Program-made: the position numbers and the translations under genes
NCBI GenBank assembly: GCA_041661405.1
Contig: JBAZUL010000007.1
Location: forward strand, 10,222-74,221
Source: Patescibacteria group bacterium
Lineage (GTDB): Bacteria > Patescibacteriota > Patescibacteriia > Patescibacteriales > JBAZCA01
Length of the DNA stretch: 64,000 bases
Direction: 5' to 3'
The notes under the pieces: model-generated
Told to the model about the DNA's origin: nothing
Seen by the model: only the letters and a program-made list of their open reading frames with translations
The model's database searches: none
Shown: positions 1 through 9,854 of the stretch, in pieces
How positions within the stretch are numbered: position 1 is the stretch's first letter
Layout: every line of letters begins with the position of its first letter

Positions 1-486
1 TTTGTTAAACCTGATTCAGAATCACCGGTCGGAAAAGGAGAGGGTTTATTTGGGCGAAGCGAACAAGGTAGCATTGTTGCCAAGGGAAAGCCGCGCTCCG
101 TTCCAGACGTTACATTGCCAGCCTATTTCAGCGCTGTTGGTGGAAAGCTTGAATTTCCTACAGAAAGTGAAAGTACTGAAATATTTAGCGTCCCGACCAC
201 GGTCGGCATGCGCGAATTTCGTTCAAGCGATCAGTGTAACGGGAAAAAAGCCAGCCTTCACGTGCTATATTACAGGGTGGATGCTGGAACTAAACCGTGG
301 TCGGTTTTTAAGCGAATTCTTTGGAAATATCCTGACTACGTTTTACAAAACAATTACGGAAAAGTTCCGCCAGGCGATTGTCTTATATTTCTTTTTGATT
401 CCGAGGACGCCTTGGAGCGTCCGTGGCCGAGTTGCGTTTCTTTAGATAAAGCGATAGCCGACGGGGGTTTGATTTTGAAAGAATAG
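1..486 (+). CDS. hypothetical protein, C-terminal fragment (5' end outside window)
   Basis: Frame 1 is open from base 1 (hand translation FVKPDSESPVGKGEG...) to TAG 484-486. The track ORF 115..486 is the same frame started at an internal TTG. No family recognised. Confidence 0.45.
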   Translation, partial: FVKPDSESPVGKGEGLFGRSEQGSIVAKGKPRSVPDVTLPAYFSAVGGKLEFPTESESTEIFSVPTTVGMREFRSSDQCNGKKASLHVLYYRVDAGTKPWSVFKRILWKYPDYVLQNNYGKVPPGDCLIFLFDSEDALERPWPSCVSLDKAIADGGLILKE

Positions 487-514
487 GTTTTTACGCTCAA
501 ACGCACATACTATT

Positions 515-2119
515 ATGCGCGCGCATCTGCGGAAGATAAAAAACAAACTGGAAAAAAACTGGCCTCGGCTGGCGGTTTTTTTGGCGCTTCTCGGCTGGTG
601 CAAAGTTTTTTTGACTGTGCCGATTAACCTTATCAGCGCCGATCTAGGGCGGCATATAGCCAACGGCCGACTGTTCGCGGAAAATTATCTCATTCCCCAT
701 ACCAATCTTTTTTCTTATACTTATCCAGATTACGCTTTTATCAGCCATCATTGGGGATCAGGAGTTATTTTTTATTTCATAGAAAAATACTTCGGCTTCA
801 TGGGACTGTCGGTTTTTTTTATTCTTTTGAGTTTAATCGCTTTCAGCCTGCTATTTTGGCTGGCGGAGAAAAAATCTTCTTTTTCCGTTGCCGTCGCGGT
901 ATCACTTCTCGCGATTCCGCTGATCGGCGAACGGCCGGAAGTCCGGCCGGAGGTATTCAGCTATTTTTTCGGAGCGGTTTTTCTGCTAATACTCTCTCGC
1001 GTTCAAGATTTTAAAATTTCCGCTAAGTGGTTTTTTCTGCTTCCGGTTTTGGCAATGCTTTGGGTTAACCTGCACATCTATTTTATATTCGGGATCGGCG
1101 TCATGGGCTTATTTTTAGGCGAAAATATCCTCTGGCTTTTTTACGGGGAAAAAAGAAAACAGGCAACAAGGCTGTTAAAAAATCTAATACCCGCCTTTAT
1201 TCTCGCCTCGGCCGCGACGCTCGTTAATCCTTTCGGCTGGAGAGGGGCGATCTATCCGTTTAAGATATTTGGCAACTACGGCTATCGGGTGGTAGAAAAC
1301 CAGTCAGTATTATTTTTGGAAAAGCTCGGATTTTACCAGAACTCCAACCTGGCGATTTATGAGTTCGCGGTTTTTATTTTATTATTAAGTCTTATTTTCG
1401 CTTTAATTTTAAAACGAAAAAATTTAAGCCCGGCTCTGGCGGGGCTCGGCATTACCGTAAGCGCGCTGGCATTTTTCGCCTTAAGGAATTTCGCTTTGTT
1501 CGGATATTTTATCCTGCCGGTCTTGTCGTATTTTCTTTACCGGGCAATAATCGGTCTGCGGGAAAAATACGCTTTTTTCCGCGAAAAAGAGAAAGCGGCT
1601 GTAATTGTTTTGGGAATTATTTTTTTCGTTTTCACTTTTTCCCTGCGCGAAGAAATGATTTTAATGAACGCTGGATCCGAATTAGGGCTCGCCCCCGGCG
1701 TTAATAAGTCCGCCGAATTTTTTAAAAGGGAAAAATTGGCCGGCCCGATTATGAATAATTACGACATCGGGGGGTATTTGATCTACCATCTTTATCCCGG
1801 CGAAAAAGTTTTTACCGATAACCGGCCTGAAGCTTATCCGGCGGATTTTTTTCTAAAAACATACATTCCGGCGCAGGAAGATAATGGCGCGTGGAAAGAG
1901 CTTGATGGACGCTACGGTTTTAACGTAATATATTATTACTTAAACGACGCTACGCCCTGGGGTCAGAAATTTTTAACCACCCGGATTAACGACCCGGAAT
2001 GGATTCCGGTTTATGCCGACTCTTACGCGATAATTTTCGTCAGGAACGCTCTAAAAAATAAGTCCGTGATAGAGCGCTTCCGGATTCCGAGGAAATTTTT
2101 CAATATCACTGACTATTAA
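515..2119 (+). CDS. polytopic integral membrane protein, GT-C (ArnT/PMT-like) glycosyltransferase architecture suspected
   Basis: 534 aa with more than 10 hydrophobic helices and a soluble C-terminal domain of about 130 aa. It lies directly upstream of a GT2 gene. Family assigned from architecture only. Confidence 0.4.
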   Translation: MRAHLRKIKNKLEKNWPRLAVFLALLGWCKVFLTVPINLISADLGRHIANGRLFAENYLIPHTNLFSYTYPDYAFISHHWGSGVIFYFIEKYFGFMGLSVFFILLSLIAFSLLFWLAEKKSSFSVAVAVSLLAIPLIGERPEVRPEVFSYFFGAVFLLILSRVQDFKISAKWFFLLPVLAMLWVNLHIYFIFGIGVMGLFLGENILWLFYGEKRKQATRLLKNLIPAFILASAATLVNPFGWRGAIYPFKIFGNYGYRVVENQSVLFLEKLGFYQNSNLAIYEFAVFILLLSLIFALILKRKNLSPALAGLGITVSALAFFALRNFALFGYFILPVLSYFLYRAIIGLREKYAFFREKEKAAVIVLGIIFFVFTFSLREEMILMNAGSELGLAPGVNKSAEFFKREKLAGPIMNNYDIGGYLIYHLYPGEKVFTDNRPEAYPADFFLKTYIPAQEDNGAWKELDGRYGFNVIYYYLNDATPWGQKFLTTRINDPEWIPVYADSYAIIFVRNALKNKSVIERFRIPRKFFNITDY

Positions 2120-2278
2120 CACATAGCTTAGCATTAAAACCCGCCGTTTTCGCCGCCTGCTTGCCGCTTGCTGAAAAATTATTTCACCGTATATCCAATA
2201 CGGCTCAATAATTTTTCAACTCCGCGGCGGCGCATACGGCGAAAACAATCAAGTTTTTTTTACTAACCTATGTGTTAA
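2116..2278. repeat. 163-bp imperfect palindrome filling the intergenic region
   Basis: Left arm starts TTAACACATAGCTTAG. The reverse complement of the right arm starts TTAACACATAGGTTAG. Shared blocks are GTTTTCGCCG, TGAAAAATTATT and CCGTAT. The centre is near 2197 (ACCGTAT-ATCCA-ATACGG). Confidence 0.7.
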
Positions 2279-2299
2279 TAGTCAGTGGAGGCTGATTTT

Positions 2300-3001
2300 A
2301 TGGCTGGAAAAAAAGTATCAATCATTATCCCGGTTTTTAACGAAGAAAAAACCCTCGCCGAATCTTTGGCTCGGATTTTTAAGGCTTCGGTTTTGGATTA
2401 TGAAAAAGAAGTTATAATTATTGACGATGGCTCAAGTGATGGTTCGCTTTCAATCCTCAACAGTCTGCGTTCGAAGTATGATTTTCTTCTTTTGAAACAT
2501 GCTAAAAATTCGGGCAAGGGCGCGGCGATTCGCGTTGGATTTAAAAAAGCTGGCGGAGATATTGTTTTAATCCAGGATGCCGACCTAGAATATGACCCAA
2601 ACCAGTGGCAATTGCTTTTAAAAGAGTTTGACAATCCGGGTGTCTCGGCCGTCTTCGGTTCAAGAAACATCCATCCGAAAAGACGGGGCTATTGGCATTA
2701 CGTTTTCGGGGTTAAGCTTTTAACCATGCTGACTAACCGGCTCTTCGGCTCAAATCTGACCGATGTCTATACCTGTTACAAGGCTTTTCGCAAAAGCGTT
2801 CTTGACGGGCTGGATTTGAAAGCCGACGGTTTTGAGATTGAAGCGGAAATTACCGTGAAACTTTTAAAAAAAGGCATTGCCATAAAGGAAACGCCGATTA
2901 ATTATTTTCCCCGGAAATTTTCCGAGGGGAAAAAGATAAAATTTCAGGACGGCCTGAAAGGTTTTTGGATGATAGTGAAAAATAAAACATTCGCTCGATA
3001 G
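2300..3001 (+). CDS. family 2 glycosyltransferase (polyprenol-phosphate sugar transferase type)
   Basis: Motifs VSIIIPVFNEE, IIIDDGSSDGS and QDADLEYDP. ATG 2300 is preceded by GGAGG at 2287-2291; the track ORF starts at the upstream GTG 2285. Confidence 0.85.
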   Translation: MAGKKVSIIIPVFNEEKTLAESLARIFKASVLDYEKEVIIIDDGSSDGSLSILNSLRSKYDFLLLKHAKNSGKGAAIRVGFKKAGGDIVLIQDADLEYDPNQWQLLLKEFDNPGVSAVFGSRNIHPKRRGYWHYVFGVKLLTMLTNRLFGSNLTDVYTCYKAFRKSVLDGLDLKADGFEIEAEITVKLLKKGIAIKETPINYFPRKFSEGKKIKFQDGLKGFWMIVKNKTFAR

Positions 3002-3019
3002 TCGCTAAATTTTTAATCC

Positions 3020-3577
3020 CTATTTCATCCGTGAATCAACGAACTCATAAACTTTGTCAAAAACTTCATCAGGCGAGAGACTGGTTGTATCAAGGACAAA
3101 GTCATAATGCGACGGGTTAAAAACGTCAATTTGGTAATATTTCTCATAGCGCAGGCGGTCGCTTTCCATCCGTTTTCTCTGGCTCGCTATCAGGTCATCT
3201 AGGCTATCAAGGCCGCGGTCTTCGTTCCGGTGGTCGGATTTTTTTAACTCATTGAAAATCCGCTCGGCGCCGGTTTTTTCATCCACGGTCAAAAAAATTT
3301 TTAATGAGTGCGGAATGAAATTCCAGGATTGCCGGCCGTCAATGACGAAGTTGTCCGAGGTTCTACCAAGTTTTTTTTGATATTCGTCAACTTCTGTGTC
3401 GGTGGATGGGTCGGTTTCGCCGAGCTTATTGTATTCGGCGAGGGTCATGCCCCTTTCTCCGGCCTTCTGCCTTCGGATGGCGCCGATATTATAAAGAGGC
3501 CAGCCTAATCTTTCCGCCAATTTTTTTGAAATTGTTGATTTGCCCGAGCCGGGCAGGCCGTTAAAGGAGATGATCAT
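3020..3577 (-). CDS. cytidylate kinase-like P-loop nucleoside monophosphate kinase
   Basis: Walker A NGLPGSGKST at the N-terminus. At 185 aa, the size and pattern fit the archaeal-type cytidylate kinase family. Confidence 0.55.
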   Translation of the reverse strand: MIISFNGLPGSGKSTISKKLAERLGWPLYNIGAIRRQKAGERGMTLAEYNKLGETDPSTDTEVDEYQKKLGRTSDNFVIDGRQSWNFIPHSLKIFLTVDEKTGAERIFNELKKSDHRNEDRGLDSLDDLIASQRKRMESDRLRYEKYYQIDVFNPSHYDFVLDTTSLSPDEVFDKVYEFVDSRMK

Positions 3578-3637
3578 GATATTTGATTTATAAATGATGA
3601 ATAATTAAGAAAATAAAATCATCATTCATGAATTAAT

Positions 3638-4627
3638 TTATTTTACTATGGATAAAACCTTTTTAAGATTATCCGGTAGGGGAGCGCTGAAGGACAGTTT
3701 TTCCCCGGCCAGATTTTTAAATTCAAGTTTGACCGCGACTAAAAATATCCGTCCCAAATCAAGCATCCTGTTCTTTTCCCTGGTTTCCTTTGTGCTGTAT
3801 AAGCCGTCGCCGGCAATCGGATTGCCGTAAGCGGCGAGATGGCAGCGGATCTGATGGGTGCGACCGGTTTTGGGACGCGCTTCAAGCAGGGTGTAGTTTA
3901 TGAATCTTTTCATCACCGTGAAATCCGTTAAAGCGGGTTTGCCGGGCTGGTTAGCCGGCCGGGCGGCCATTTTTCCTTCCCGGGAACGCTCAATCGGGAA
4001 AGTGATTTTTCCCCGGTCTTTTTCCACCCGGCCGTAAACCAGGGCCAGGTAAGTTTTTTTTATTTCCCGCCGTTTAAACTGCGATTTAAGGTTTAGAAAA
4101 GACTTTTGGTTTTTGGCGATCACCATAACCCCGGAAACATCTTTGTCCAGGCGGTGGACGATTCCCGGCCGGGAGGGATCTTCGCCGACCAAAGATATTG
4201 CCGGATATTTTTTTACGACCAGGCTGATTAACGAAATTTGTTCGGGTTTTTCTTCGTCCGCCGGTGCGCCGGATCCGGACAGGTCAGTAGCGCCGTGCAC
4301 CGCTATGCCGGCTGGCTTGTTTATCACCATGAATTCATCATTGTCTTCAATAATTATTTTCTTTAAATTCGGGATTACGGCTTTCGCGGCTTTACGGTTT
4401 TTAGCGGCGGTTTTTTCTTTTTCCCGCGGCGTCTGGATTTTTTCCGGAAAAAATATTCCATCCCCTTCTTTTAAGAAATAATGGGGCGGGACGGTTTTTC
4501 CGTTGGCCGTTATCTTTCCGGCGCGGATAATTTTCTGCAGCCGGCTCCTTGAAAAGCCGGGAAGTTTTTCCGCGAGGAACAGGTCCAGCCTCTTTCCGTT
4601 TGCTTGGCTTTCAATTTTGTATTCCAT
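3638..4627 (-). CDS. rluD: RluA-family rRNA pseudouridine synthase (RluD-like)
   Basis: S4-like N-terminus (RLDLFLAEKLPGFSRSRLQKIIRAG), catalytic HRLDKDVSGVMV and C-terminal GRTHQIRCHLA. Confidence 0.85.
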   Translation of the reverse strand: MEYKIESQANGKRLDLFLAEKLPGFSRSRLQKIIRAGKITANGKTVPPHYFLKEGDGIFFPEKIQTPREKEKTAAKNRKAAKAVIPNLKKIIIEDNDEFMVINKPAGIAVHGATDLSGSGAPADEEKPEQISLISLVVKKYPAISLVGEDPSRPGIVHRLDKDVSGVMVIAKNQKSFLNLKSQFKRREIKKTYLALVYGRVEKDRGKITFPIERSREGKMAARPANQPGKPALTDFTVMKRFINYTLLEARPKTGRTHQIRCHLAAYGNPIAGDGLYSTKETREKNRMLDLGRIFLVAVKLEFKNLAGEKLSFSAPLPDNLKKVLSIVK

Positions 4628-4661
4628 TATGGTCGGTTTAGCGTGTTTTAAAAATTATTAA

Positions 4662-5846
4662 TTATTTTTCCAGGAGGATTTTTTCTAAATTTTCTACCAT
4701 AATATCACTCGTAAAGTTCTTGTCAACGAGCCGGGAGGCGTTTTCCCCGAGTTGGACCCTTAGATTCCGGTTTTTTGAAAGGCGGATTATCTGGCGGGCG
4801 AGCATCTCACTTAAATCCATTTCCAGGAGACTACCGGTCTTATTCTGGATGATGATGTCTTCAAAACCGGCTCCGGCCGGGGCAATGACCGGAATTCGGG
4901 CGGCCATGGCTTTAAGAATATTGGAAAAATCGGAGAGTAGCGGCGCGTCCGCGACCGAAACGAATATTTCAAAGCTCTTCAGCCATTTTTTCGCGGCGCT
5001 CATACTGGTTCCCTCTTTGCCGGACTGCCCGGCGGAGAGCGGTGCCGGGGAATCGGAAATCATCCAGACGCGGGTGTCAATTTTTAGTTTTTTTGCCACC
5101 CAGCTCAAATTCTTTTTTTCTTTTCCGTCCCCGACGACTATGAGCTGGAGGTTAGGAATGGCTGAAACGCAGGTATTCACGGCCTGAAAAAGGATTTCCA
5201 TTTTTTGCTTTTCATTCAGGTCGGCGATGGTGCCGATGGTAAAAAATTTTCGGTGAAAGTCGCCGTTGCCAGCCAATTCGCGAAAAAGGTCGGTCTGTTC
5301 TCGATCGGTTATTCTTATGCCAGGGTTAAGCGGGCGGATGTTTTCCCTTTCCACTCCTATCCTTAAAAGATTCTCCCGGTCCCGCGGAGAAAGGGAAATT
5401 ATTTTTGCCCGCCGACAGGCTCTAAGATATGTCTTTTCCGCTAGGCCGCCTTTTTTAAATGATTTTTCTCCCGGCAGGACAAGGAAAAAAAGCCGGGCTT
5501 TAAACAGGCGCTGGAGCGGAGCGAGTATCAGCTTTTCCCTTTGACCGACGACGATTATTATCGGCGCCGGTCGTTTCCGGTTAAAAAGTAAGAAGCGGAT
5601 CAGCGCGAAAATCCGTAAAAGCGGAAGTATTAAAAAAAAGAGAACCGCGCTTTTTCGGCTGTTTACTCCGGGCCCGCGAAAAAAATTTTTTCGGTCCGCG
5701 TTCAGTTTCCTAAGGATAGGATCGTTGATATCCTTGGCGGGAGCCCAGGCGTAAAAATTCCACTCTTTGTGGTAGAGTCCTTCCAGAGCGGCGTCCAGCA
5801 GGGGATCCAGCTGTCCGAATGACCCGGCTAACAAAATATTTTTCAT
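4662..5846 (-). CDS. GT-B fold glycosyltransferase (GT4/GT1-like)
   Basis: The C-terminal half has the GT4-type pattern (LQLIVVGDGKEK ... RIPVIAPAGAGFEDII). The N-terminal half carries a hydrophobic insert. Confidence 0.6.
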   Translation of the reverse strand: MKNILLAGSFGQLDPLLDAALEGLYHKEWNFYAWAPAKDINDPILRKLNADRKNFFRGPGVNSRKSAVLFFLILPLLRIFALIRFLLFNRKRPAPIIIVVGQREKLILAPLQRLFKARLFFLVLPGEKSFKKGGLAEKTYLRACRRAKIISLSPRDRENLLRIGVERENIRPLNPGIRITDREQTDLFRELAGNGDFHRKFFTIGTIADLNEKQKMEILFQAVNTCVSAIPNLQLIVVGDGKEKKNLSWVAKKLKIDTRVWMISDSPAPLSAGQSGKEGTSMSAAKKWLKSFEIFVSVADAPLLSDFSNILKAMAARIPVIAPAGAGFEDIIIQNKTGSLLEMDLSEMLARQIIRLSKNRNLRVQLGENASRLVDKNFTSDIMVENLEKILLEK

Positions 5847-5870
5847 GAATTAATGCTTAAGGAATTTAAT

Positions 5871-7286
5871 TTAACTAAGTTTTAACAAGGACAAGTCTTC
5901 TTTGCCAATCCCCTTTAACAGATATAGCCCCAAAAAATAAATTACGGCCGCGGCCGGCATAAGAAGGAAAATATTGATATCCCTAAAAGGGAGGATCAAG
6001 GCGTACATTACGGCCGCGGCCAGGACTGACTTCAAAAGGACGGCGAGCGAAGGAAAAAACCGCGCGGTTTTCCAGACAATGTAGAACGAAAAAAAAGCGA
6101 TAACGGTTTCCGAATAGACCGTTACCCAGGCGGCGCCAATGTAGGAATAGCGCGGGATGAAAATAAGATAGCCGATTATGGAACTCGCGGCCGTAAAGAT
6201 ATAGGCCGGGATGATGCTTTTTTGCTTGTCAGCGGCGATAACGGCGTGGGCGAAAATGTTTCCCAAAAATACGGCGGCTGAGGCAAGTATTAAAATGTTC
6301 AGCACCGGTCCGGCGGCCGTAAATTCCGGACCGGCCACCAGTCCCATCACCCGCTTTGAGGTCAAGAGAGTGCCAGCCGCCATGGGGCAGGCGAGAATAG
6401 CGAGGAGGTTAAACGATTTTTGGAGCACCCGGCCGAATTTTTCCTTATCGTTTTCCGACCAGGCCAGGGTAAGGATCGGCAGGATGATGCCGGAGAAAAG
6501 GAAAGGCAGGGTAATAAGCACGTCAATCACCTTGTAGGCCGCGCCGTAAATTCCGACTTCGTTGAGCGGCCGGACAAGAGAAAGGATGATGGTGTCGGTT
6601 TTCAGGTAAAGGAGGTTAAAAAAGATGGTCAGGGCGAGCGGCCAGGATTTTTTAATTATTTCCATCCAAAGCCCCCATTCAAAACCGAATCGGATTCGCG
6701 CGAGTCCCCGGGAGAAAATATAAAGGAAGAAGAAATTTACGGCCGCCGAAATTACGGCGGCCAGGAGAATGCCGTTTAAGCCGAAGCCGGCGCGCGCGGC
6801 GATAATTACTCCGGCTAAGAGGACGACCCTGCCCGCCATTTCGGCAAGGGAGACTTTCCCCATTTTTAAATATTTTTGGAACAAGCCGACGAAAATCTGG
6901 TTTAAGGCGGCGAAGAAAAAAGAAAGCGAAGCGATAATAACGCCAGCCTTAATAGCCGTCCCGTAAGGGAAGAGAAAAACGATTATCGGTCCGGCGGAAA
7001 GGAAAATGAGCGCCGAGAAAAAACGAAGTCCGAAAAGGTTGTTTAAGATTTTTTCTTCATCCGCTTCTTTCCGGCTGATAAGGCTGACGGTAACGAGCGT
7101 CAGCCCGAGATCGGCGATGATGGCGAAAAAGGAAAGGAAAGTGATAATTGTCGTGTATTCGCCGAACCCTTCGGGACCCAGATAATCGGCCATCACCCGG
7201 ATAGAAAAAAGTCCGAGAATCGTTGATACGATTTTCCCGGCTATCTGGATCATTGTATTTTGGGCGACTCTGGCTTTAAGGCTCAT
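5871..7286 (-). CDS. Wzx-like polysaccharide flippase (MOP/PST superfamily)
   Basis: 471 aa with about 12-14 TM helices. The N-terminal pattern NTMIQIAGKIVSTILGLFSIRVMADYLGPEGFGEY is typical of PST flippases. Confidence 0.75.
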   Translation of the reverse strand: MSLKARVAQNTMIQIAGKIVSTILGLFSIRVMADYLGPEGFGEYTTIITFLSFFAIIADLGLTLVTVSLISRKEADEEKILNNLFGLRFFSALIFLSAGPIIVFLFPYGTAIKAGVIIASLSFFFAALNQIFVGLFQKYLKMGKVSLAEMAGRVVLLAGVIIAARAGFGLNGILLAAVISAAVNFFFLYIFSRGLARIRFGFEWGLWMEIIKKSWPLALTIFFNLLYLKTDTIILSLVRPLNEVGIYGAAYKVIDVLITLPFLFSGIILPILTLAWSENDKEKFGRVLQKSFNLLAILACPMAAGTLLTSKRVMGLVAGPEFTAAGPVLNILILASAAVFLGNIFAHAVIAADKQKSIIPAYIFTAASSIIGYLIFIPRYSYIGAAWVTVYSETVIAFFSFYIVWKTARFFPSLAVLLKSVLAAAVMYALILPFRDINIFLLMPAAAVIYFLGLYLLKGIGKEDLSLLKLS

Positions 7287-7343
7287 GTCTAAATCTTACC
7301 TGTTTATTGTTAAAATTGCCAGTTTGGGGTATAATGGGGATAT

Positions 7344-7817
7344 ATGAAACACTCATTCTTAATTGAGAAGAAAAAAGCTCCCTTGAGGAAAAGGAATTTA
7401 TTTTTTGGCCTTTTAATTTCCTTTTTAATTTTCGGAGCCATGTTCCAGAACAATATAAAAACCGTTTTGGCCGACTCAAATCTCTGGACCATGGTTAAGG
7501 GTGGCGACCAGGGCGGCCTTTTAGGCGAAGTGGGAGACAAAGTTTACGGCGGCGCGGACAATTCCAAAGACGTCCGGCAGATAACAGCCGAGGTGATCCA
7601 GGTATTCCTTTCTTTTCTCGCCCTGATTTTTATTATTCTTTTAATACTCGGCGGTTTTAAATGGATGATGGCGCGCGGGGATGAAACTAAAGTTACTGAA
7701 GCGCGGAATCAAATCCTCCAGGCGGTCATCGGGCTCATCATCATGCTGGCCGCTTACGCCCTTACCTATTTTGTCTTCAATACCTTAAGCAATAACGTAA
7801 TGAGGAGTTTCCGGTAG
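7344..7817 (+). CDS. small two-helix membrane protein, TrbC/VirB2-like (T4SS-pilin-like)
   Basis: N-terminal signal/TM, then LGGFKWMMARGDETKVTEARNQILQAVIGLIIMLAAYALTYFVF. The C-terminal ~70 aa align with ORF 12177..12677. Confidence 0.5.
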   Translation: MKHSFLIEKKKAPLRKRNLFFGLLISFLIFGAMFQNNIKTVLADSNLWTMVKGGDQGGLLGEVGDKVYGGADNSKDVRQITAEVIQVFLSFLALIFIILLILGGFKWMMARGDETKVTEARNQILQAVIGLIIMLAAYALTYFVFNTLSNNVMRSFR

Positions 7818-7821
7818 CATT

Positions 7822-8826
7822 ATGATTTGGTCAGTCAAAAAATCTTTTTTTCTAACAGTCTTGTTTATTCTTCTGCTAGGGTTTATTTTTTCTCTCGGAC
7901 GCGATGTGCCTGAAAAAGATCTTCGCTACGGCCTTACTTTTTCAAAAAAGAAAGCCGCGGATCTCGGCTTTGACTGGAAAAAAGTTTATGCGGCCGTCCT
8001 TGACGAATTGGGAGCCAGAAGAATCCGCCTTCCGGCCTATTGGGACGAGGTTGAGGTGAATCAGGGCCAATGGAATTGGAGCGACCTGGACTGGCAGGTA
8101 AAAGAAGCCGAAAAAAGAAACGCGGAAATTATTCTCGCCATCGGCGGTCGTCTGCCACGCTGGCCCGAATGCCACTTTCCGGCTTGGACCGGAGGTTTGG
8201 AAAAAAATCAAAAGGAAACCGCTCTGTTGAAATATATCGCGGAAACTGTTAAAAGATACAAAGATAATGGAAGCGTAAAATACTGGCAGGTGGAAAATGA
8301 GCCCTTTTTAAACCATTTCGGCGACTGCCCGAAGCCGGACAAAAATTTTTTGGATGATGAAATCGCCCTGGTGAGGTCGCTTGATTCCCGGCCGATAATC
8401 ATAACCGACTCAGGCGAGCTATCGGTCTGGATTCCGGCTGCCCGGCGCGCTGATGTTTTCGGCACGACCATGTACCGCGACACCTATTCATCCCACCTCG
8501 GCATGTATATCCATTACCCGATTACTCCCGGTTTTTTTCATTTTAAAAAGAATCTGGCCAGACTGTTCGCCAGCCCGCGAAAATGGATCGTCATAGAACT
8601 CCAGGCCGAGCCCTGGTGCCCGGTGCCTTTTGAAGAAGCGACCCAAGCCGAACGCAACCGAACCATGAGCCTTTCAAAATTTAAAGAAATGATTGATTTT
8701 TCCTCTAAAACCGGATTCGGGGAGTTCTATCTTTGGGGCGCTGAGTGGTGGTATTGGGAACGGGAAGTTAATAATAATCCGGAAATCTGGGAATACGCGA
8801 AGGAGCTGTTTAATAGAAAATTTTAA
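7822..8826 (+). CDS. membrane-anchored clan GH-A (TIM-barrel) glycoside hydrolase-like protein
   Basis: N-terminal TM helix. YWQVENEPF contains the NEP acid/base-type motif. 334 aa. Confidence 0.5.
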   Translation: MIWSVKKSFFLTVLFILLLGFIFSLGRDVPEKDLRYGLTFSKKKAADLGFDWKKVYAAVLDELGARRIRLPAYWDEVEVNQGQWNWSDLDWQVKEAEKRNAEIILAIGGRLPRWPECHFPAWTGGLEKNQKETALLKYIAETVKRYKDNGSVKYWQVENEPFLNHFGDCPKPDKNFLDDEIALVRSLDSRPIIITDSGELSVWIPAARRADVFGTTMYRDTYSSHLGMYIHYPITPGFFHFKKNLARLFASPRKWIVIELQAEPWCPVPFEEATQAERNRTMSLSKFKEMIDFSSKTGFGEFYLWGAEWWYWEREVNNNPEIWEYAKELFNRKF

Positions 8827-8956
8827 TGTAAAATTTAAATATCAAAAAGTAAAATGACAAAGATAAAATGTAAAATTATTACAGAATAACGAATTCTAAA
8901 TTATTTTTAACTTTTTGCATTGTCATTTTTCATTTTGATTTTTACATTTTGATTTG
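8826..8956. repeat. AT-rich imperfect palindrome (~60-nt arms) centred on GAATTC 8891-8896
   Basis: Left arm: AATGTAAAA..ATCAAAAAGTAAAATGACAAAG. Reverse complement of the right arm: AATGTAAAAATCAAAATGAAAAATGACAATG. The element runs into the glucokinase start. Confidence 0.55.
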
Positions 8957-8962
8957 AAAATT

Positions 8963-9829
8963 ATGAATAAGGCGGACATCCAAAAAAAATATACCATCGG
9001 CGTTGACATCGGCGGAACCAACATGCGGGCCGTCCTGTTTGACGGCGAAAAAGTTATTGCCGATTATGAATTAGCTACGCCTAAAGATAATCTTGAGCAT
9101 TTTTTAATCATGCTTAAAGCCTTGGTTGAGCCTTTGATAGAGCGAGCCGAAGCTGACCAGGCGAAAATCAAAGGCATCGGTCTGGGCGTGGCCGGAGTGA
9201 TAAACCAAAAAGACCGGCGGGTGGTTAAGTCGCCGAACCTGCCAATTATTGACGACTCTAAGCTGGCTTTTCTTCTTGAATCAAAAATTAAAATTCCGGC
9301 CATGATTGACAACGACGCCAACTGCTTTGTTCGGGCCGAGGGAACGCTCGGGGCGGGAAAAAAAGCGAAAAACGTATACGGCGCGGTAATCGGCACCGGC
9401 ATCGGCGGCGGCTGGTGGCATGAAGGAAAAGTTTACGCCGGCTGGCACGGCGGAGCCGGCGAGCCCGGACACATGATAATTGACTATAAAGAGGGCATAA
9501 CCCTGGAAGAAGCTTACCATAAGCTCACTCAGGGCAACCCGGCGCAACTGGCTGAAGAAGCTTACCGAGGCGATACGCTCGCGGAAAAAGTTTTTTCCGA
9601 AATCGGCCATGATTTGGGCGTGGCGTTCGCCAACATCGTCAACATCCTTGATCCCGAAATCATCGTCATCGGCGGGGGAGTAGTAGAATCAAGCGACCTT
9701 TTTTTAAAGCAAGCGAAAAAGACCATGGCCAAATACGTTTTTTCGCCGGAAGCGAAAAAGATAAAAATCGTAAAATCCGAACTGGGAAATCTGTCTGGCG
9801 CCATCGGCGCGGCGCTGTTAGTCGCGTAA
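8963..9829 (+). CDS. glk: ROK-family glucokinase
   Basis: Motifs IGVDIGGTNMRAVLFD, DNDANCF and GGGWWHEGKVYAGWHGGAGEPGH. ATG 8963; the track begins at TTG 8954. Confidence 0.8.
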   Translation: MNKADIQKKYTIGVDIGGTNMRAVLFDGEKVIADYELATPKDNLEHFLIMLKALVEPLIERAEADQAKIKGIGLGVAGVINQKDRRVVKSPNLPIIDDSKLAFLLESKIKIPAMIDNDANCFVRAEGTLGAGKKAKNVYGAVIGTGIGGGWWHEGKVYAGWHGGAGEPGHMIIDYKEGITLEEAYHKLTQGNPAQLAEEAYRGDTLAEKVFSEIGHDLGVAFANIVNILDPEIIVIGGGVVESSDLFLKQAKKTMAKYVFSPEAKKIKIVKSELGNLSGAIGAALLVA

Positions 9830-9854
9830 TCCGCGTATCGCGTCTCAGGAAATA

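Noticed and set aside
2-445. 147-aa frame-2 ORF at the left edge of the window
   Set aside because: It overlaps the frame-1 reading frame, which is open from base 1 to 486 and has a more protein-like composition. The frame-2 product is compositionally odd. I treated it as a shadow ORF.
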